This document shows positions 14,014-29,150 of a stretch of DNA of 64,000 nt, in pieces. A program made the translations under genes and the position numbers. A model generated the notes under the pieces. It made no database searches. It had not been told where the DNA came from and worked only from the letters and a program-made list of their open reading frames with translations. Position 1 is the first letter of the stretch. Each line of letters starts with the position of its first letter. Origin of the DNA: the human T2T-CHM13v2.0 reference genome, Homo sapiens; the NCBI RefSeq assembly GCF_009914755.1, contig NC_060933.1, one strand, 5' to 3'.

Positions 14014-15849
14014 TTTTTTTTTTCTTTAACACACCCGACTTATTAAAAAACTTGCAAGTGAGTGAGTCAGTATTACCCAAGCTCACCCAAACTGGTGGTA
14101 GAATGATGGAGCTCAGAACTACGCCAGTGTTTAAGCTAACCTGAGATGAAGTCTGGAACAGTTAATTCTGCTGTGTGAAAAACAAATAATGAAAAGCATA
14201 TTTTTAATAAAAAACTGGAAAAACAAATAAAAAGCAACTGCCCAACCTCCCTTCCTTAATTTTTGAGGGAGACGTAGCATGTAAATGTATATGTATGTAA
14301 ATTTGTATTTAATTGTGTATTAGTTTTTCTCCTTTGCAGGGTCTTCTCTCTGAAGGCTAGTGGCTGGACCTGCACTCAGATGGCAATTCAGGTCCAGTTC
14401 ATGAGATCTTGGACTGTTTTGACAAATGATTTGGGGAAAGGGATAGGGAGAGAGTTGTCAGTACCGATGCTGAGACTGTGAGAGCCATTTCTGAGTGGAG
14501 GTGAGGAAAAACGGAGCGATGACCGTGAGGGTCTTTGCGTGGCGCCTCGAGACCACACCTGGGAACGGTGACTTTGGAACTGGCTGACGTGTTTATTTGG
14601 TGTGAGGTCAACTACAGCTCTGAGGGCAATAACATGATCCTCATAAAACAGACCCCCCAGGCTGGGCCTCAGCCCGCTTGCTGCCAAGCAGGGGTGGTGG
14701 CCTAATAAGTGAGACATTGCTATCAACTCTCTGTAAATGGTGGGTTCATTCACTCTGTGGATGACATAGCCTGTTCTTTGCCCTTCTGTGTCAGCCCCAT
14801 TGATTGCTTTTTAACCACCTTCTTGCTTTGTGCTGCTTCTTTCAGATGAAAAGGAAGGGAAAAGAGACTTCATTTCCATACCCACTAACCATGCCAACAG
14901 AAGGCTTTGTGAAGAAGGAAGTAAAAGCTATCGGTAGGAGTTAGAAAAAAACATTTCTAGTTACAAGAACAGCAGAAAAAGACCTGAACTTCAGAGTGGA
15001 CCACAAATGAATATGAATTAATAACACAGATCTCTTTTCAAAAGCCAACACAAAATGAGGATGTGTTTTTTGCAAAAGCAGTTGTTCTTGCCACTGGGCT
15101 TATGCTTGTCATTCTTTCATGTGTCACAGCCAGACCTAGGAAATTCCCTGGAAAGTCCCCTCCATCACACACCTGCAGTTTTTCCATTTGAGTGTAATTC
15201 TGTTGGACCTTGAAAGACTTTTTGATCTTTGGGACGCTCTTATCACCAAATGTATCTTTCTGCAGGAAGAAGACAGAAGAAAGGGGTGGACTATGAGATG
15301 GGAGCCTGGGTCCCAATTTCAGTTCAACCATTACCAACCAGGTGGCTTTAGGCAAGTCTGGTCATTTCCTTTGCCTCAGTGGCTTTCTATAAAATGGAAT
15401 TCTATAGGGATGATGAAAGCGAAAACGTTAGCCACTATGCTTGCTAGTGCTCAAGAAATGATTCCTTCCTGCCTGCCTGCCTCAGTTTTCCATCTGTAAA
15501 CAAGGATTCAACTAGAACATCTTTGAGGTTCCTTGAGCTCTAACACTCTGTGATTCTGTTGGCAGCACCTTAAGAAATTTACAACAAACACTCCATTGAG
15601 TCTTAATCTATTAGATCCCATTCAGTTCTAATAGTGTTGTGATTTTGACTTTGTAGCCTCATGTTTATTTTCTCTCTTCCTGATTTTTTATTTATATATT
15701 CTATTTAATAGTTTTTGCTTTTTCAAGTTGTCACCAGTTCTTTGTAGAATAAGAAAAAAGTATAACTAACTGGAGGAAAGAATGCATTCACAGAAAGCCA
15801 AGGAATGATAACACTAATGCTAATACAATACTACTGCTAATAAAAATAA

Positions 15850-16040
15850 CTGCCTTTATTGAACACTTACTGTGTGCAAAGAACTATGCTAAGCACTTTA
15901 TAAACATTGGGTCATTTAATTCTCACAGTAACCCCATGAAGCCATACTTTTCATCTCCATTTTTACAGATAAGGAGACTGAGTCTTAGAGATAGCAAGCA
16001 ACTTGTCCATGGTAAAGCTGAGCTGCAAATTCAGGTTGGG
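15850..16040 (-). mobile_element. MIR SINE
   Basis: tttattgaacacttactgtgtgc...ccatttttacagataaggagactgag. Confidence 0.85.
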
Positions 16041-16052
16041 ATAACTCGGAGA

Positions 16053-16295
16053 AGTGGTGTGCCGGCAAACAGGCATGCAAAACCAGAACTCCAAATCCCT
16101 GGTTTGGAGCATTTACTGATTTCCATGGTATAAACCCTCCCACTATGGCTGAATTCAAGTTACCAACAGTTTAAAACCAGCTCAAAAATTTTTAAAAATA
16201 CCTCACTGCTAGGGAATACCAGGAATTGTACAATTCACTGTCTTCATTTTAACAATCCACTCTTGCAAGCCAATCAGAGCCAACCCCAACACATC
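16053..16295. mobile_element. MER63 (hAT) interrupted by a ~50-bp templated insertion
   Basis: tttccatggtataaaccctcccactatggctgaattcaagttaccaac...aaaat|insert|ttaacaatccactcttgcaagcc matches the recalled MER63 consensus on either side of the insert. Confidence 0.75.
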
Positions 16296-16443
16296 CCAGA
16301 GAGAACCTGTGTTGATGACCACTAGGCTACACTGTCTCCTTGTATCACAGGCTGGGGCTGGGGATGATAGGGAAAACAAACAAAAAAACAAAACAAACAA
16401 ACAAGAAAGGGGAGAAGGTTATGGACAGAGAAAGTAAGGAGAT

Positions 16444-16775
16444 TTTGCAGCAACATGAATGGAGCTGGAAACCATTATTCTAAATGAATTAATGCAGGAT
16501 CAGAAAACCAAGTACTGCATGTTCTCACTCATAAGTGGGAGCTAAACACTGAGCGCACATGGACACAAAGGAGGGAATGATAGACACCAGGGACAACTTG
16601 AGGGTGGAAGCTGGGAGGAGGAAAGGATTGAAAAACTACCTATCAGGTACTAAGTTTATTACCTGGGTGACCAAATAATCTGTATACCAAAACCCCGAGA
16701 CATGCAATTTACCCATCGAACAAACCTGCCCCTGTATGCCCTGAACCTAAAAGAAATGTTGGAAAGAAAACAAAA
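16444..16775 (+). mobile_element. 5'-truncated L1 (L1PA15/16-like) 3' end
   Basis: ORF2 end (catgttctcactcataagtgggagct) plus 3' UTR; perfect 15-bp TSD AGAAAGTAAGGAGAT at 16429-16443 and 16776-16790. Confidence 0.9.
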
Positions 16776-16796
16776 AGAAAGTAAGGAGATGACAAA

Positions 16797-17000
16797 TTCA
16801 TTCATCCATTCATTCATTCCTGCATTCATTCACTCCACAAAGGCTTTTTGAGTACCAGCTAAGTACCTGGACTTGTGGTACACACTTCAGATACAGACAT
16901 GAGTAAGATAAGGAGCCTGGAGTGTGTTGGTGAGAGAGTGACATGCACACAAATGACTGAGCACATGATGTGTACAAGTATGTGTATGAGTCTGGGGGAC
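16797..17000 (-). mobile_element. L2 3' end
   Basis: (TTCA)n tail followed by L2-like sequence. Confidence 0.6.
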
Positions 17001-20000
17001 CCCGGTGAGGGACGAATTAATTGTACTTGGAGATCCTTGAAGGATGGAGTTCCAGGTGACACAAATTTTGCTTCCTTTCCAATTTGTAGGGGAGTTTCCC
17101 TCACTAGAGACATGTGCTCGGTGTAGCTCTTGATATTTTGGAACTAAATAGTGAAACCGAAGATGGGGCCAGGAGAGGAAGAATGATGAGAAAGTATGCT
17201 CCTTGGAGTTAGGGAAGCTGTTGCATCACCCCCGTGTTACCGACACCTGGTACCACAGAGTTGGCGCTCGGTGACTATTTGTTGACTTGGTGAATCACTG
17301 ATGAATAATGATTTGTAAGCTCCAAAGAAGGTGGTTTGCGGAAAGGGGACCAGTGATAGCAGGAAAATGCACAATGTGAGTAGTGATTCCTAAGCATTTA
17401 AGGGGTGATTTTCAAGTAATAGAGTGAGCAGAAGACACCATGTACAGGGACTCCAGATGCCCCAGGCAGAGGTAAAATGCTCGAAAGAGAGGAACATCAC
17501 TACCTGGCGGGCAGGTGGGGACAGGCTTGCCACGGATGGTCTGGGGATGGGATAACTCTCTGGCTCCCACTCTGAGAAGCAGGAGGTGATCTGGCCACAA
17601 GCCCTCAAGACGTGTTGAGTTTGGGAATACCTCACTGCTAGGGAATACCAGGAATTATGCAATTCACTGTCTTCATTTTAAAATTCTGTATGGGAGAAGC
17701 TAAAAAGTGAAGTTGGGGGGTTTTAGTATATTTCATTTGCATTGGTTTACTCTTCTCGTTCCTTGATTATCTGAGAGGAGGCTGCTGTTACGGAAAAGCG
17801 AAAACCAGGAGTGGTTTGAATATTCTTCCTTGAGACTTTTGACTGTTTCTATAAGAAGTGGATCTGCATGTGCCTTTTGGATATTGTGTTCCTCATGACA
17901 ATGCCTTTTGTTCATAGATAGTTCCCAGTTTCCAAAGACTTTCCCCATTATAACATTTGTTCCATCCTCAAAACCGTCAAATGCAAAGGCCTCCATTTTA
18001 TTAAAGGAGAAAGTACGACTCAAAGAAGTCAAGTGACTCACCCGAGGTCACACAGCTAAATTCTAGCAGAGCAAGGGACCAAGATAGTGAATTCTAAATG
18101 CAGAGACCTTCTTATTGTTCCAATTTTCTGTCCGACAATGCCCACCTCCTGGAGTGAGCAAGTCTTGCTGGAGACACAACAGCAGCTACAAGTGGTCCTC
18201 CCGACTATTCCAGAAATCCTTTTTCCACAGTGAAAAACTGAATTTGCCTGCCCCAGTTTCCCAGCCGCCTCATGACTCGATGAGCAATTGCTTTAACTCT
18301 GACAAAATTAGGCCACCTCCAACCTAAATGTAACCCGTTTTCAGAGTGAGACCCTGCATGGAGGCAGCTCTTTTCCTGAAAGGATAACAAAAGCATGCTT
18401 TTGTGTGTATTTCACTTGATGGAAAGAAATCCCCAGTGAGGCCGTTTTTTCCCCCTGAATTCTCCCAAGTCCAGAATGTATCCAAGTTTCCAATATTACC
18501 TCAGAAGAGCCATTCATCTATGAAGATGGCCGAATTGTCTTCCAGCTCGGTAGACAGTGTGTCTGCGAGAGAGAAGGTGAGGGGGTGCAGATAGAGGTGT
18601 GGGGAGAGGGTGAGGGAGGCTGAGGGCAGAGGAGGAAGACGCGAGAGGAGAAAATGTGTGCAGACAAATGCTGACAAGAGAAGGAAAGAGGCGAAAGGGC
18701 CAGCCCTGACTCTGGGGTCCCATCTGCCAGGGACACTTTTGGCTGATTCTTTTTAGGGCCTGTCAAGATCTGCCTGGTGAGCTGTCACTTGTCATCACTT
18801 GGCTCTCAATGAGGATCTTTGTGTCTTCACTGTCATGAAGAGGCATGGCAACTGGCAAAGAATTTCCTGGGGCGCTACCTGATCCACCATTATTCACCTC
18901 TTATCATCTTAGCAGAGTAGTTACGCCACTGTCAGAGGTAATGGAGACCATGCCACTAAGAAAATTGGCCGTAATTTATTTATCAGTTGTTTCTGTATAC
19001 CACAAAAGCGGCCTTCTACTTTACGGCTGGGTCTAAGGTATTTGAGAGCCCTCGAAGTTCATGGTTTTCCGGTATTCTAACTTCTACTTATGGCCTTTCC
19101 TGTAGATGACACACAACACCGCCCTTGTGGCTTGCAGTCAGTTTTCTTCTTTGCTTTCTTTAGTCACAAATCATCCTGAGGCATCCCTTAAGTGCATTTG
19201 TATTGTTAAGTGCACCAGCTTGATTTGGTGTTAATTCAATTTGAGTGCCCTTAATATCTTGTGGGGGTGATGCAATGCAGGCTGCCTCTACCTTGTAAAA
19301 TCGGGTCCCAGGTCCGCCTGCGAGCAAAGCACCTTTCCCATAGCCACTTACCAAAGTTGCTGATAAAATTTTCATAAGGGAACCTTTTTAGTCTGACCCT
19401 ATTGTGTTATTCTACCATTAAGTCTCAGAGAACTGAGCTGGCTTCTAGTGACAGCTTATCACATTCTCCATTATTGCTGCCTGCCCAGAGAGCTGGCTGG
19501 CTGTGTGTAGTGCAAGCTCCCTCCCTCCCCACCACTTCTGGGACGTTCTGGGAAAAGCTTGTGGGCCAGCACCTCGGGGCTAATGGGAGATTGTCTCTCT
19601 GTGGGTGCCAGAGAACTGAGCTCTCTTCCTGATGAGCTGGTTCCTTTCACCTTGGAAAGCTCGAGGGGCCCTGAAGGATGAGGAACCTGAGGGATAAGGA
19701 GAGCAGTGAAGGGTGAGCTGAAGTGGAGGAAGAGTTACAAAGCACTTTCCTTAAAACAGCACAGAACGCAGCCACAACCATGTGAGCACCACTCTGACAC
19801 ACAGTTTGAGGCAGAGGATTAGACCAGGTATTTGTCTTTGGAATATTTGCTTTAGAAACATGATGACATTATTCACTCCAAGAGAACTCCAAAATCATGG
19901 GCCACTTGTCCCTGGGTTGGCATCTGAACTCAGTAGCTTATTTGCTTTGTGACCTTGATCAGTTTTCCTATCTGTGAAATCAGCACCCACCTATGGGTTT

Positions 20001-20008
20001 GTGTGCAT

Positions 20009-20009
<1 letters not shown>

Positions 20010-20044
<35 letters not shown>
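20010..20044. repeat. (TG)17 microsatellite
   Basis: Direct read. Confidence 0.97.
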
Positions 20045-20047
<3 letters not shown>

Positions 20048-20878
20048 ATTAAATGAGGCAACACATATAAAGACCACCAAAAACAGTATCTCCTGTGACT
20101 ATCTTAGAATCCAGGAGGCCGTCAAAGGGCAAGGTGAGAAAGCTGGTTCAGACAGTGCAGAAATTATCTGGGTACCACAAGATGAGAAAGAGATAATAAG
20201 TCTAGAAACTTGGTCTTCTGATCCTTGACCCAATCTAGGTCCTTTCCGTCCATCCCACTGTCTCCCTAATGCTGTCCATGGACATCAGGAGCTTGAGTAG
20301 ATTTGGGGTGCATCAGGCTACTTTCTACTTCCTTGATGACAAGATTTCTTCACTGCAGACTAACCTCTTCTCGGTCACTCTTCCTTGTTTTGTTGACTGT
20401 GTCTGAGGAATGGCTTAAATCTGCCTAACAGTGTGAGCATTGCCCCTACCTGTCTGCTGCGTTGGGTTAAAAAGCATGGTAGTCCAATAAACAGAACTGG
20501 GAGATGCTCTTTCAAAAGAGCATTTAAAAATTATTGTTCACTGTAGATGTCACAGAAGTATAGATAAAGTGCAAATACTACAGCAAAAGGGAAAAATCCC
20601 CTGTCATGCCACCTATAACCGTGAAGTCACGTGCTGTGTTTTCTTCCTCTTTTTCTTTTCTTTTTTTTTTTTTATTATACTTTAAGTTTTAGGGTACATG
20701 TGCACATTGTGCAGGTTAGTTATATATGTATACATGTGCCATGCTGGTGCGCTGCACCCACTAACTCGTCATCTAGCATTAGGTATATCTCCCGATGCTA
20801 TCCCTCCCCCCTCCCCCCACCCCACAACAGTCCCCAGAGTGTGATATTCCCCTTCCTGTATCCATGTGATCTCATTGT

Positions 20879-22637
<1,759 letters not shown>

Positions 22638-22699
22638 TTCCTCTTTTTCTATGCACACACACGTGCTCACTTGTTCACCTGCTTGCTCTCTTCAGTATA

Positions 22700-22905
22700 C
22701 TGTGATGGCTAAAAGCACAGACCCTTGAACCATTCTCAGTTCAAACTCTGGCTCCACCACTTGAGCAAGTTATTTAACTTTTCCGCTGTTGTTTCGTCGT
22801 CTGTTAATTTGACTTCATGATGGTGCCTTCCTCAGCATGGGGGTTAAGAGAAGCAAACGAGTGAATCTACGTAAATCACAGTGCCTGGCACGCAGTCAAC
22901 ATTGT
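22700..22905 (+). mobile_element. MIR SINE
   Basis: ggctccaccacttgagcaagttatttaac...acagtgcctggcacgcag. Confidence 0.65.
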
Positions 22906-23599
22906 ACAGAGATTCCTTTAGGATGACGATTACATACAACAGAAACCTGGGGTCATACGATGTATTCTGCCAGGATACGATGTATTCTGGTTTTTATGGG
23001 GGCAGTTTCTTTGCTCACACCCAGCTGCTAAATTATAATCCTTTCTTAAACTGCTCACTCAGACAGGGTCTCAAAGTCTGGAGGGGTCCCGCCTGCCTCC
23101 TGGCTCAGCATGCCATGGTGAGCATTGTGTCTTCATCTCCAAAAAGGTCTGGCAGAAGTTAACACCCTACAGCCTGATTCCTGGAGGGGGTAGTTAGACC
23201 CATTTTAGAGGAGGGAGGATTAAGACTGAGCAGCTATTGAAGTGGCTGCATTCAGGTCTTCAAGCACATGAGGTGGACTTCCTGCCCCATGTAAGTGACT
23301 TGGCCACTCCCTGGCCTTGGTATACACTTTTATTACACTGGCGATTTAGGCCTACATGACGTAAGGAGTAAGGTTAAAATCATAAGAAAAGACTAATTCT
23401 CAGAAAAAAACATCTCATGGAAAAAAGCTCTGAGTGGCTTGGTATATGTGTAATGTGTGTGCAGATATGTGTGTGTGTTACCATTTTGGTGTTTTTGAGC
23501 ATCTTTTTGTGAGATTCAAAAATGCTGAGAGTGAAAAATGATCATTTCAAACCAGACTGGGCCAGGTAGTATCATCAATCAGGAAGGAAGATCAGAGTC

Positions 23600-23770
23600 C
23601 AGCGGTGTGCATGTGCATGTGCGTGTGCACGTGTGTGTGCGTGGAGACCATATGCACGAAGAAGGCGCCAGCGTGCGAGCCTCTCGGGGTGAGAAGGAGG
23701 AGCAGATGTGGACCCGAGGAAGGGAGAAGGTTTTGATGAAATATTGGCTAACGCTCGGGGCACCGAAGGA
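23600..23770. promoter_or_regulatory. Small non-repeat CpG cluster with 39-bp alternating purine/pyrimidine tract (candidate regulatory element)
   Basis: About 13 CpG in ~170 bp; perfect RY alternation at 23605-23643. Confidence 0.35.
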
Positions 23771-25079
23771 GAAGCAGCTCTGGTCAGGGAACTGTGCTAC
23801 ATTAGAATTTATAATAGATTAGCTTAGCTGTCCCTTGATCTTCAAGGGTATTTGGGGAGCTGAGGACGAGGCATTTCTGCCTTGATTTTCACAGTGAGAG
23901 GAAACCTCTGGAACACTATTCCCAGCCTTTCCTTTTGCACAGCCTAAGGCGGTGAGAGCTTGCTGTTCACACCCCCACTCGGGTCATTTGAAGGAGGCTG
24001 ACAGTGCCCAGGAATGCTGACATGCTTCAAAACATCACACACAAAAGAACCCACTCAGATTCCTAAGGGGAGTTGCTGTCAGCCCTTCCCAAGCTGGATT
24101 CTAACATTGGATGTGATTGCCAGGGCTCCCCCTCCCATAGCAGGGGCAGGAAATCCATATTCATTCTGTCCGTCTGCCAGACTCTCCTCTCCCTGTCCAT
24201 CTGTCTGTCTGTCTGTCTGACTCTGCCTTGCTCTCTGAGGGTGTGTGCTCTCATGAAAAGGGGAGCGCTCAGGGATGTTCCAGATGAGCTGCTGCGAGCC
24301 GTGTAGCTTTAAACTCCAATGAGCTGAAGCGGCCTGGAAAGAAAGAGTGAGGGGTGAAGTCTGGTTTGATGTCTTGGCGCACTGGGGAGATGATTCATAT
24401 AACATGAGCCCCTCGGGGTCCGTGGTTAAATCCCAGCCTAACACCCCCGGCCGGACTGGAATTCTGAAGTCCAGCCAAGGAGTGTTACTGGTCCTGCCTC
24501 GGCAAACAATTGGTGGGTCAGAGGTAAAGGACAGAGGAGGGGTGATTCTTTCACTGGAAAAAGTACCTGCTGGGAAGGAAGGAATCATATGATGTGTGTG
24601 GTGGGGACATCCAGCCAGGGAGGACCTGGCTCTCACATTACGAGCTCCCTTGCAGAAGCCAGAAGGGACTTTTTATTGCTGGTTGGGCCTGGGGGCCCAG
24701 CAACAGTGGCTCTGGCTTGGTTCTGAAAGGCTGGAGAAGGGGTTGAGGGGCTGTGAGCTGGGCTCTGGATGCCAGGGTGGGTGTGAGGAAGGAGGGAAGC
24801 CAGGGATGGGTGTGACTGTCTTCAGACTCACAACTAAGGCAGGAGCAAGAAAGAGGAGAGAGGAGCCGCCTGGTTTCCTCTCTGGCCAAGTGCCGTGGGG
24901 CCTCTATGGCCTCTATTTTGGCCTTTGCATGACATTTAACATGTGTGGCCACCCACCTCCACCCTCGGCTTCTTAAACATCCTCTCCTCCTGGACCCACT
25001 CTCCACCTCTCTGACCGCACTCATTCCGTTTTTATGTGGAAGTTGTGTAGCCCTCCTTCTTCAGGGGAAGCCCCTTTCC

Positions 25080-25490
25080 CGATGCTTAGTTAGTGTAGGT
25101 TTGGATGGGGGATTTTTGGCTTGTGACCCAGGCCTGACTAGAGTGACTGGTTTAAGGACAGGCCTGTGAGCCAATGGGGTCCAATCAGAGCCAAAGCTGG
25201 AACTTCTGTTGGAATTTTTGGGACAAGGAATTTCCTTTTCAACTGAGGTTGATGAGATGAGAGGCTAAAAGCCTGGAGCTCCCAGGAGCCGTCACAGTGA
25301 GAGAGGCTGTGCAAAGGCGAATCCACAGGAGAGAGGGAGGCAGAGAGAGGAGATGGAGTTCCGATGGCATTGTTTGAGACCTGAGACCTAATCACAGCTG
25401 AGGTCAGGATCTACCCCTGGACTCTTCAGTCATGCTGCTAACCAAGACATCCCCTCTTTTTCCTCCACCGAGTCTGAGTTTTTCTGCTCC
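25080..25490 (+). mobile_element. Old MaLR/ERVL LTR (MLT1K-like)
   Basis: gtgactggtttaagga...ccaatcagagcc...ctacccctggactcttcagt. Confidence 0.6.
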
Positions 25491-26699
25491 TGTGATTGCC
25501 AGCATTGTGGCTATGTGTCAGCTCAGCACACCTTGTTGTCTCTCCCATACAGAGTCTCCTCTCCCCTTGTCCACTGCTGATCTGTGTCTTCCCCCTAAGT
25601 CAAGCCCTCGACCTTCAGTGTTTGCTCCTCTCTCCTTGCTCCCTCAGACTTTCCAGCTACTCTTGTGGTGTCAGCTGTGCCTTCTGTGAGAATGGCCCCA
25701 CTCCCACAGTTGTGTTTTTGCTTAGATCTTCTTGCCTGTCCCCAGTGCCTGGCCATGGAGAATACATTCCCACATGTGCGTCATGCACAAGCACACGAGC
25801 ACAGCTGGCTGAGGTTGGTATGTCCCTCCTGCTCCTTGGGAAGAGGAAGCTTCGCTTCCCAACCCTGGAATCACATCCCCAGGGTTCAAAGTTAGAGTTG
25901 TCTTTTATTCCTTCTTCTCTTTGTCTGGCCCCCTAGAGTGAATCATCCACCAGGTCTTCAAACATTTCTCTTCTGTATGTTGTTTTTTGCTTCATCCACT
26001 GCCATTCTCTAGTCTGAGAGCTCATTGGGATTCCCTTAAAAGCCTCTTACCTGGCTTTCTAATATCCATTTCAAACTGACCCAACCCCATAACCCCCAAT
26101 TTAACTCCCCCAAATCCCTGTTTCCCCTCACAGCTCACCTGAACAAACCAAATTCCTCACTGTTGTATATCATCCAATACTGGCTTTCATGAGGCATGAG
26201 AAGCCATAGGAGCATCTTGCTGGAATATTAATTTGACTGCAAGAATTCTTGGAGTGTGGGAAGTGTTTTTACTGGAAAGTAATTAAATACTATTTTTATA
26301 TTAAAACAGACTGATCTTATGTAAAGTAGAATGCAAAGCTCATATGAATTTTACAGATTAAACAGAAGTTCCGAGATTGTAAAAGTCCACTTCCAGTCAC
26401 CACCCAAGATTTCCAGACCTTCTTTTCCTCTGCTATTGGGTAGAAAGCTTTGAGAAGCACTAGCATGTTGAGATCAGTGTAACCTTCTCAATTTAGTGTC
26501 TTCCTCTCCTGACCCTAACTTACCTATGCTCCTCCTGGTCTCTCCTTTATTCCTGGAGGCAGGGAGCTCCTCTGGCTGTTTTTTAAACTCAATACTTGCA
26601 TTCCCAACTCTGTTTCATGCCACAGTCACCTTTTCCAAATGACCTCTGTTCTCCTTTTCCTTATCTTACCTTGAGTAGCCTTTGGAATCCACATCAACA

Positions 26700-27150
26700 A
26701 ATGGATTATAAACTAGACAAGAGTCACTCCATAGCTCAAAACCCTTACAAAGCTCATATCTAGCTGTGGGATGAGTCCTGGCTCCTTCACATGGCACACT
26801 GGCTTTTGGCTGATCTGGTTTCTACTTGATCTGATGCTTTAGCCTCAACTCTTCTTGGGACGGCATCGTGATCAAGAACCACTGGAGCGCCGCCAAAGCA
26901 CAGTGCTCACTCTCACCTCTATCTTGGTCCTTTCCATTCCCCTTTCCTTCTCGTCCTATTCGTTAAGATGCAGCTCAGGCATAATTTTCTTCTTGGCCAT
27001 CTTCCCTGAGATACCCTAGCCCCCTGAGCAGAGCTGCGTCTTAGCATCAATCTTTCTTACCGCTTTCTCTGCTCACCAGATTGTGGGGTCCTTAAATGCA
27101 AGAACTAATCACCTTTGTTATTCCTGCTATTTCTTGAATAAATTAATTAG
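26700..27150 (+). mobile_element. L2 fragment
   Basis: gctcaaaacccttac...cagctcaggcat...tcttgaataaat. Confidence 0.5.
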
Positions 27151-27559
27151 TGGACAAATAAGAGATATCAGGAGACTCAGGATTAATATCTGTCCACATG
27201 TCCTTGGGCAAGTTGCTTTACCTCTCTAAGCCTGTGCATTATTTTTTAGTCAAATCTGTTTCATGCACACAATTTTTAAAAATCTCTATTTTGCCTAAGG
27301 GCCCCTGGAAGTATCAATGGTTGCATAGATTGGAACTGAAGACTGGGTCTGGGACTGAAGCTGCAAATAAGGAACTGGAGTCAGCGGATGAGTAGGACCA
27401 AGGTTGCTGCCTCCTCCCCAGGATGGCACAGCTTGCACAGGAAAGCATCCATATACTCGGGTTTGGTGTAGGAACCCTGGGTAAAGGTCCACAGAGAGAC
27501 AATTTGGGGTTAGACACACATATTTTATTCATATTATTCTGTCCCTGCCTGCAGGAAGG

Positions 27560-28600
27560 CTATTATGTTTTTAAATTCCAAGAGCTCTTACTTATTTGCT
27601 GAAAGTTCTTTTTACAAGCACTCTGTTCTTGTTACGTGGATGTAAAATCTTCTCTTATCTCTCTTAATTATGTTGCTTACAATCATAATTAATGTTTGTT
27701 TTGTTCTCTGCCTTGTCTCTATTTCCTGTAAATTTCTTTTGGTCTCTTCCATTTAGGTTAGTGGTTTTCCTGAAGTGCCAAGAATATAAACCATTTATAT
27801 TTATATTTATACATATTTAAGAATGAGGGACCAGAAGCTAATTGAGAAACCCATGTGCCTAGTGGCACTGTTGGGTGGCAAACCTCACCAAATCGCGATC
27901 TGGCAGCTGATTTGAGAGAGGCCCCATGTCAGCATAGGTCGGTCATGAGTCAGGTGCTGTTCTCTTCACCTCCATGCTCAGTATTCCTGGGTTAGTCTTC
28001 CTCTTTTCATTGGAGTTGTCAGTTTCTGTGATCCCCTGTCCTTCTAATTACCTGTCTGAGGTGAGGTAAACAAAGTAGAGAAGGGATTGGGAAGAGGGCT
28101 TTCAAAATTTCACTTAACCTTCTTGTCTTTGGTAGAGTATCTCACTGCTGCTCTCTGCCTTACCTGATGCCTCTAAGGCCAGAGCCCTTCTAGAACAATC
28201 TAGCCACAGTGCAAACTGCTTATCTTTTGCTTGGATGTGGGGTAGGTCAGTTGCTTAGTATCACTGGGCTGGAGGAGAGGATGGGGGTTTCTACATTCTC
28301 CATATAAGAACTTTCAATCAATCCCTTTATTTTAGCCCCACATTTTCTGAAATACCCAGTGCCTTCAATTACATTCTTTGGCCCTTTAAACCTTGCTTCT
28401 TGTTGGTTTCCACACCCATCTACTACCATCCAATTAAGCTGCATGTTTATCTCCTTTGATAATCTATCTCCAACAGCATTCTCTTTGTCTTGCTGGATAT
28501 ATGTCTTGAAAACCAATTTTACTGGCATTTTAGTGAAGTTTTATGGGGAGTGGGCAGAGACAGAGTTAAATGTACATTCTGCCATGTTGAACCAGAAGTT
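27560..28600 (-). mobile_element. Old L1M/L1ME remnants
   Basis: T-rich decayed antisense L1-like sequence; subfamily not resolvable. Confidence 0.35.
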
Positions 28601-28649
28601 GGGCTAATTTCCTATCGTTCAACTTCCATTATTACTTTACAAATACTTT

Positions 28650-29150
28650 TTTTGGATTCAGTTAGTATACTTCCTGTGCCACTGAGTACTAGAAGTACAT
28701 TGGTGACCACCACAGACACTGTTCTTTCCTCACAGTGCTTACCATCTAGTGGGGGAGATAGAGAATTAAATAGGAAATTTACAAATGAGAGGGGTTCTAT
28801 GAAAGGCTAATAATTCAAGGCTTTGTGGAAGAAAGAACATCTCATCTAAGATGGTTTGGATAAGTAGTGGTTATTTAGGCAAAGAGGTGGCAGAAGATAT
28901 TCCAGGCAGAAGAACAACAAATGTTAGAGTTTGAAAGTAAGAGAGTAAAGGCATATAGGAAGAATAAAAATAAACTCAAAATTACTGCAGGAAGCATTCC
29001 AGAGGGTAAGGTATGAAAAATGGGCTGGAGAGATGAGAAGGGACCAGATCCCACTGGGCCTCATAAGCCCTGATATTGGACTTTATTCTGAGGGTGGCAG
29101 GAAGCCACCAAATGCTCTAAGTACAAAAGTGACTAAATCATTTGTGCTTT
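28650..29150 (-). mobile_element. L2 fragment
   Basis: gatattccaggcagaagaacaacaaatg...ttggactttattctgagggtggcaggaagcca. Confidence 0.7.

Noticed and set aside
14364-14397. 9-bp stem-loops here and at about 46161-46189
   Set aside because: Expected by chance in 64 kb; too short for a miRNA or structured RNA.
19420-19625. 14-bp direct repeat CAGAGAACTGAGCT about 183 bp apart
   Set aside because: Too short to distinguish from chance; no element recognisable between the copies.
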